Origin: Myxococcota bacterium | Lineage (GTDB): Bacteria; Myxococcota_A; UBA9042; PHBI01; JAWLBL01 | Assembly (NCBI GenBank): GCA_041687695.1 | Contig: JAWLBL010000005.1 | Span: 132,382-196,381 of the forward strand | Direction of reading: 5' to 3' | DNA: 64,000 nt | Shown here: in pieces, positions 63,097 to 64,000 of the stretch | How positions within the stretch are numbered: position 1 is the stretch's first letter | Layout of the letters: every line of letters begins with the position of its first letter | Notes under the pieces: model-generated | What the model saw: the letters and a program-made list of their open reading frames with translations, nothing else | Database searches by the model: none | Told to the model about the DNA's origin: nothing | Position numbers and translations under genes: made by a program

Positions 63097-64000
63097 GCCT
63101 TCGCCTCGGCCTCGCCCTTCGCCGTCGCCAGGCGCTTCAGGTCGGCGTCGCGCACCAACCGACCTTGCTGCCTCAGCTCGGCGATGGCCGCCTTCACCAG
63201 GTGCTCCTGCCGGATGACCCCGCCGTCGTCCCGGGCCCGATAGGCGGCCCGCAGCAGCGCGTTCTTGATGTGCCCGCCCGACAGCTCGAAGCGCTTGCCC
63301 AGCCCCGGCAGGTCCACGTCCGGCGCGACCGGCGCCTCGGGCGGCATCAGGATCTCCCAGATGCGGGCCCGCTCGACCGGGGTGGGCTGCGGGAAGGTGA
63401 CCCGGAACTGGATGCGGCGGTGGAGCGCGTCGTCGAGGTTGCCAAACAGGTTCGTGGTCATGACCGTCACCCCGTCGTAGCGCTCGATCTCCTGCAGCAG
63501 CAGGTTGGTCTCGATGTTGGCGTGCCGATCCTGGCTGGTCTGTGCGGTCTGGACCCGTCGGCCGAACAGCGAGTCGGCCTCGTCGAACAGCAGGATGGCC
63601 CGCGAGGCCCGCGCCCGGACGAAGATCTCTGCCAGGTTGCGCTCGGTCTCGCCCATCCACTTGCTCAGGATCTCGGGGATATGCACCCGGAACAGCGGCC
63701 GGTTCAGCTCGCCGGCGAGCAGCTCGGCGGTGAAGGTCTTGCCGGTGCCCGGCGGGCCATCGAGGAGCACGCAGATCCCGCGGCCCGTGGACAGGCGCCG
63801 TCCAAAGCCCCAGCGGGTCATGACGTCCTCGTGATGGCGGCAGGCGGCCAGCACCGAGTGGAGCTCCTCGCGCTCGCGGGGCGGCAGCACCAGGCTGTCG
63901 AGCCCCAGGCTCGAGCCGCTGCTCTTGATCGCCAGCCCGTCGAAGCGTCCCTCGAGCTGCGCCTCGGCGGCCTCGCACAGCCCGCCCATGGTGAGCTCGC
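63093..64000 (-). CDS. AAA+ ATPase, Afp15/Pvc15-like eCIS ATPase (5' partial)
   Basis: GPPGTGKT, SKWMGETERNL, ILLFDEADSLFGRR, DRHANIETNLLLQEIERYDG, LSGGHIKNA; frame open to window edge. Confidence 0.88.
   Translation of the reverse strand, partial: ELTMGGLCEAAEAQLEGRFDGLAIKSSGSSLGLDSLVLPPREREELHSVLAACRHHEDVMTRWGFGRRLSTGRGICVLLDGPPGTGKTFTAELLAGELNRPLFRVHIPEILSKWMGETERNLAEIFVRARASRAILLFDEADSLFGRRVQTAQTSQDRHANIETNLLLQEIERYDGVTVMTTNLFGNLDDALHRRIQFRVTFPQPTPVERARIWEILMPPEAPVAPDVDLPGLGKRFELSGGHIKNALLRAAYRARDDGGVIRQEHLVKAAIAELRQQGRLVRDADLKRLATAKGEAEAKA

Noticed and set aside
58282..63978. 1898-aa version of the DUF4157 protein
   Set aside because: The first 294 codons overlap the AAA ATPase in another frame; ATG 63096 gives a normal ATGA coupling.

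Overview
Very GC-rich bacterial DNA. The many Cys-rich lipoproteins, MEDS kinase, clostripain, CotH and eCIS genes suggest Myxococcota; this is inference from gene content. About 40 CDSs are supported, and I found no rRNA, tRNA, CRISPR array or intact transposase. The left half (1-35 kb) carries metabolic and envelope genes, a radical-SAM/GT2/GT-C glycosylation locus and an arsR-acr3-arsC(+VOC)-arsH operon. The right half (35.6-64 kb) looks accessory: orphan lipoproteins, gene relics, REP/MITE-like palindromic elements, and the start of an eCIS-type AAA-ATPase + DUF4157 effector locus that runs off the window. Strongest leads: (1) a stand-alone PIMT-like methyltransferase/MshEN/PilB-GspE ATPase fusion; (2) a 54-bp-periodic array of parS/NBS-like palindromes; (3) an ArsC fused to an ArsI-like domain lacking the Cys-Cys pair; (4) a lipoprotein pseudo-caspase with both catalytic residues replaced; (5) a 1604-aa DUF4157 effector with a possible split NlpC/P60-like domain; (6) three TTAG-N8-CTAA operator boxes at an ArsR-family gene. 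All family calls come from motif recognition by eye, not database searches. Many start codons were re-picked downstream of the ORF-track starts.
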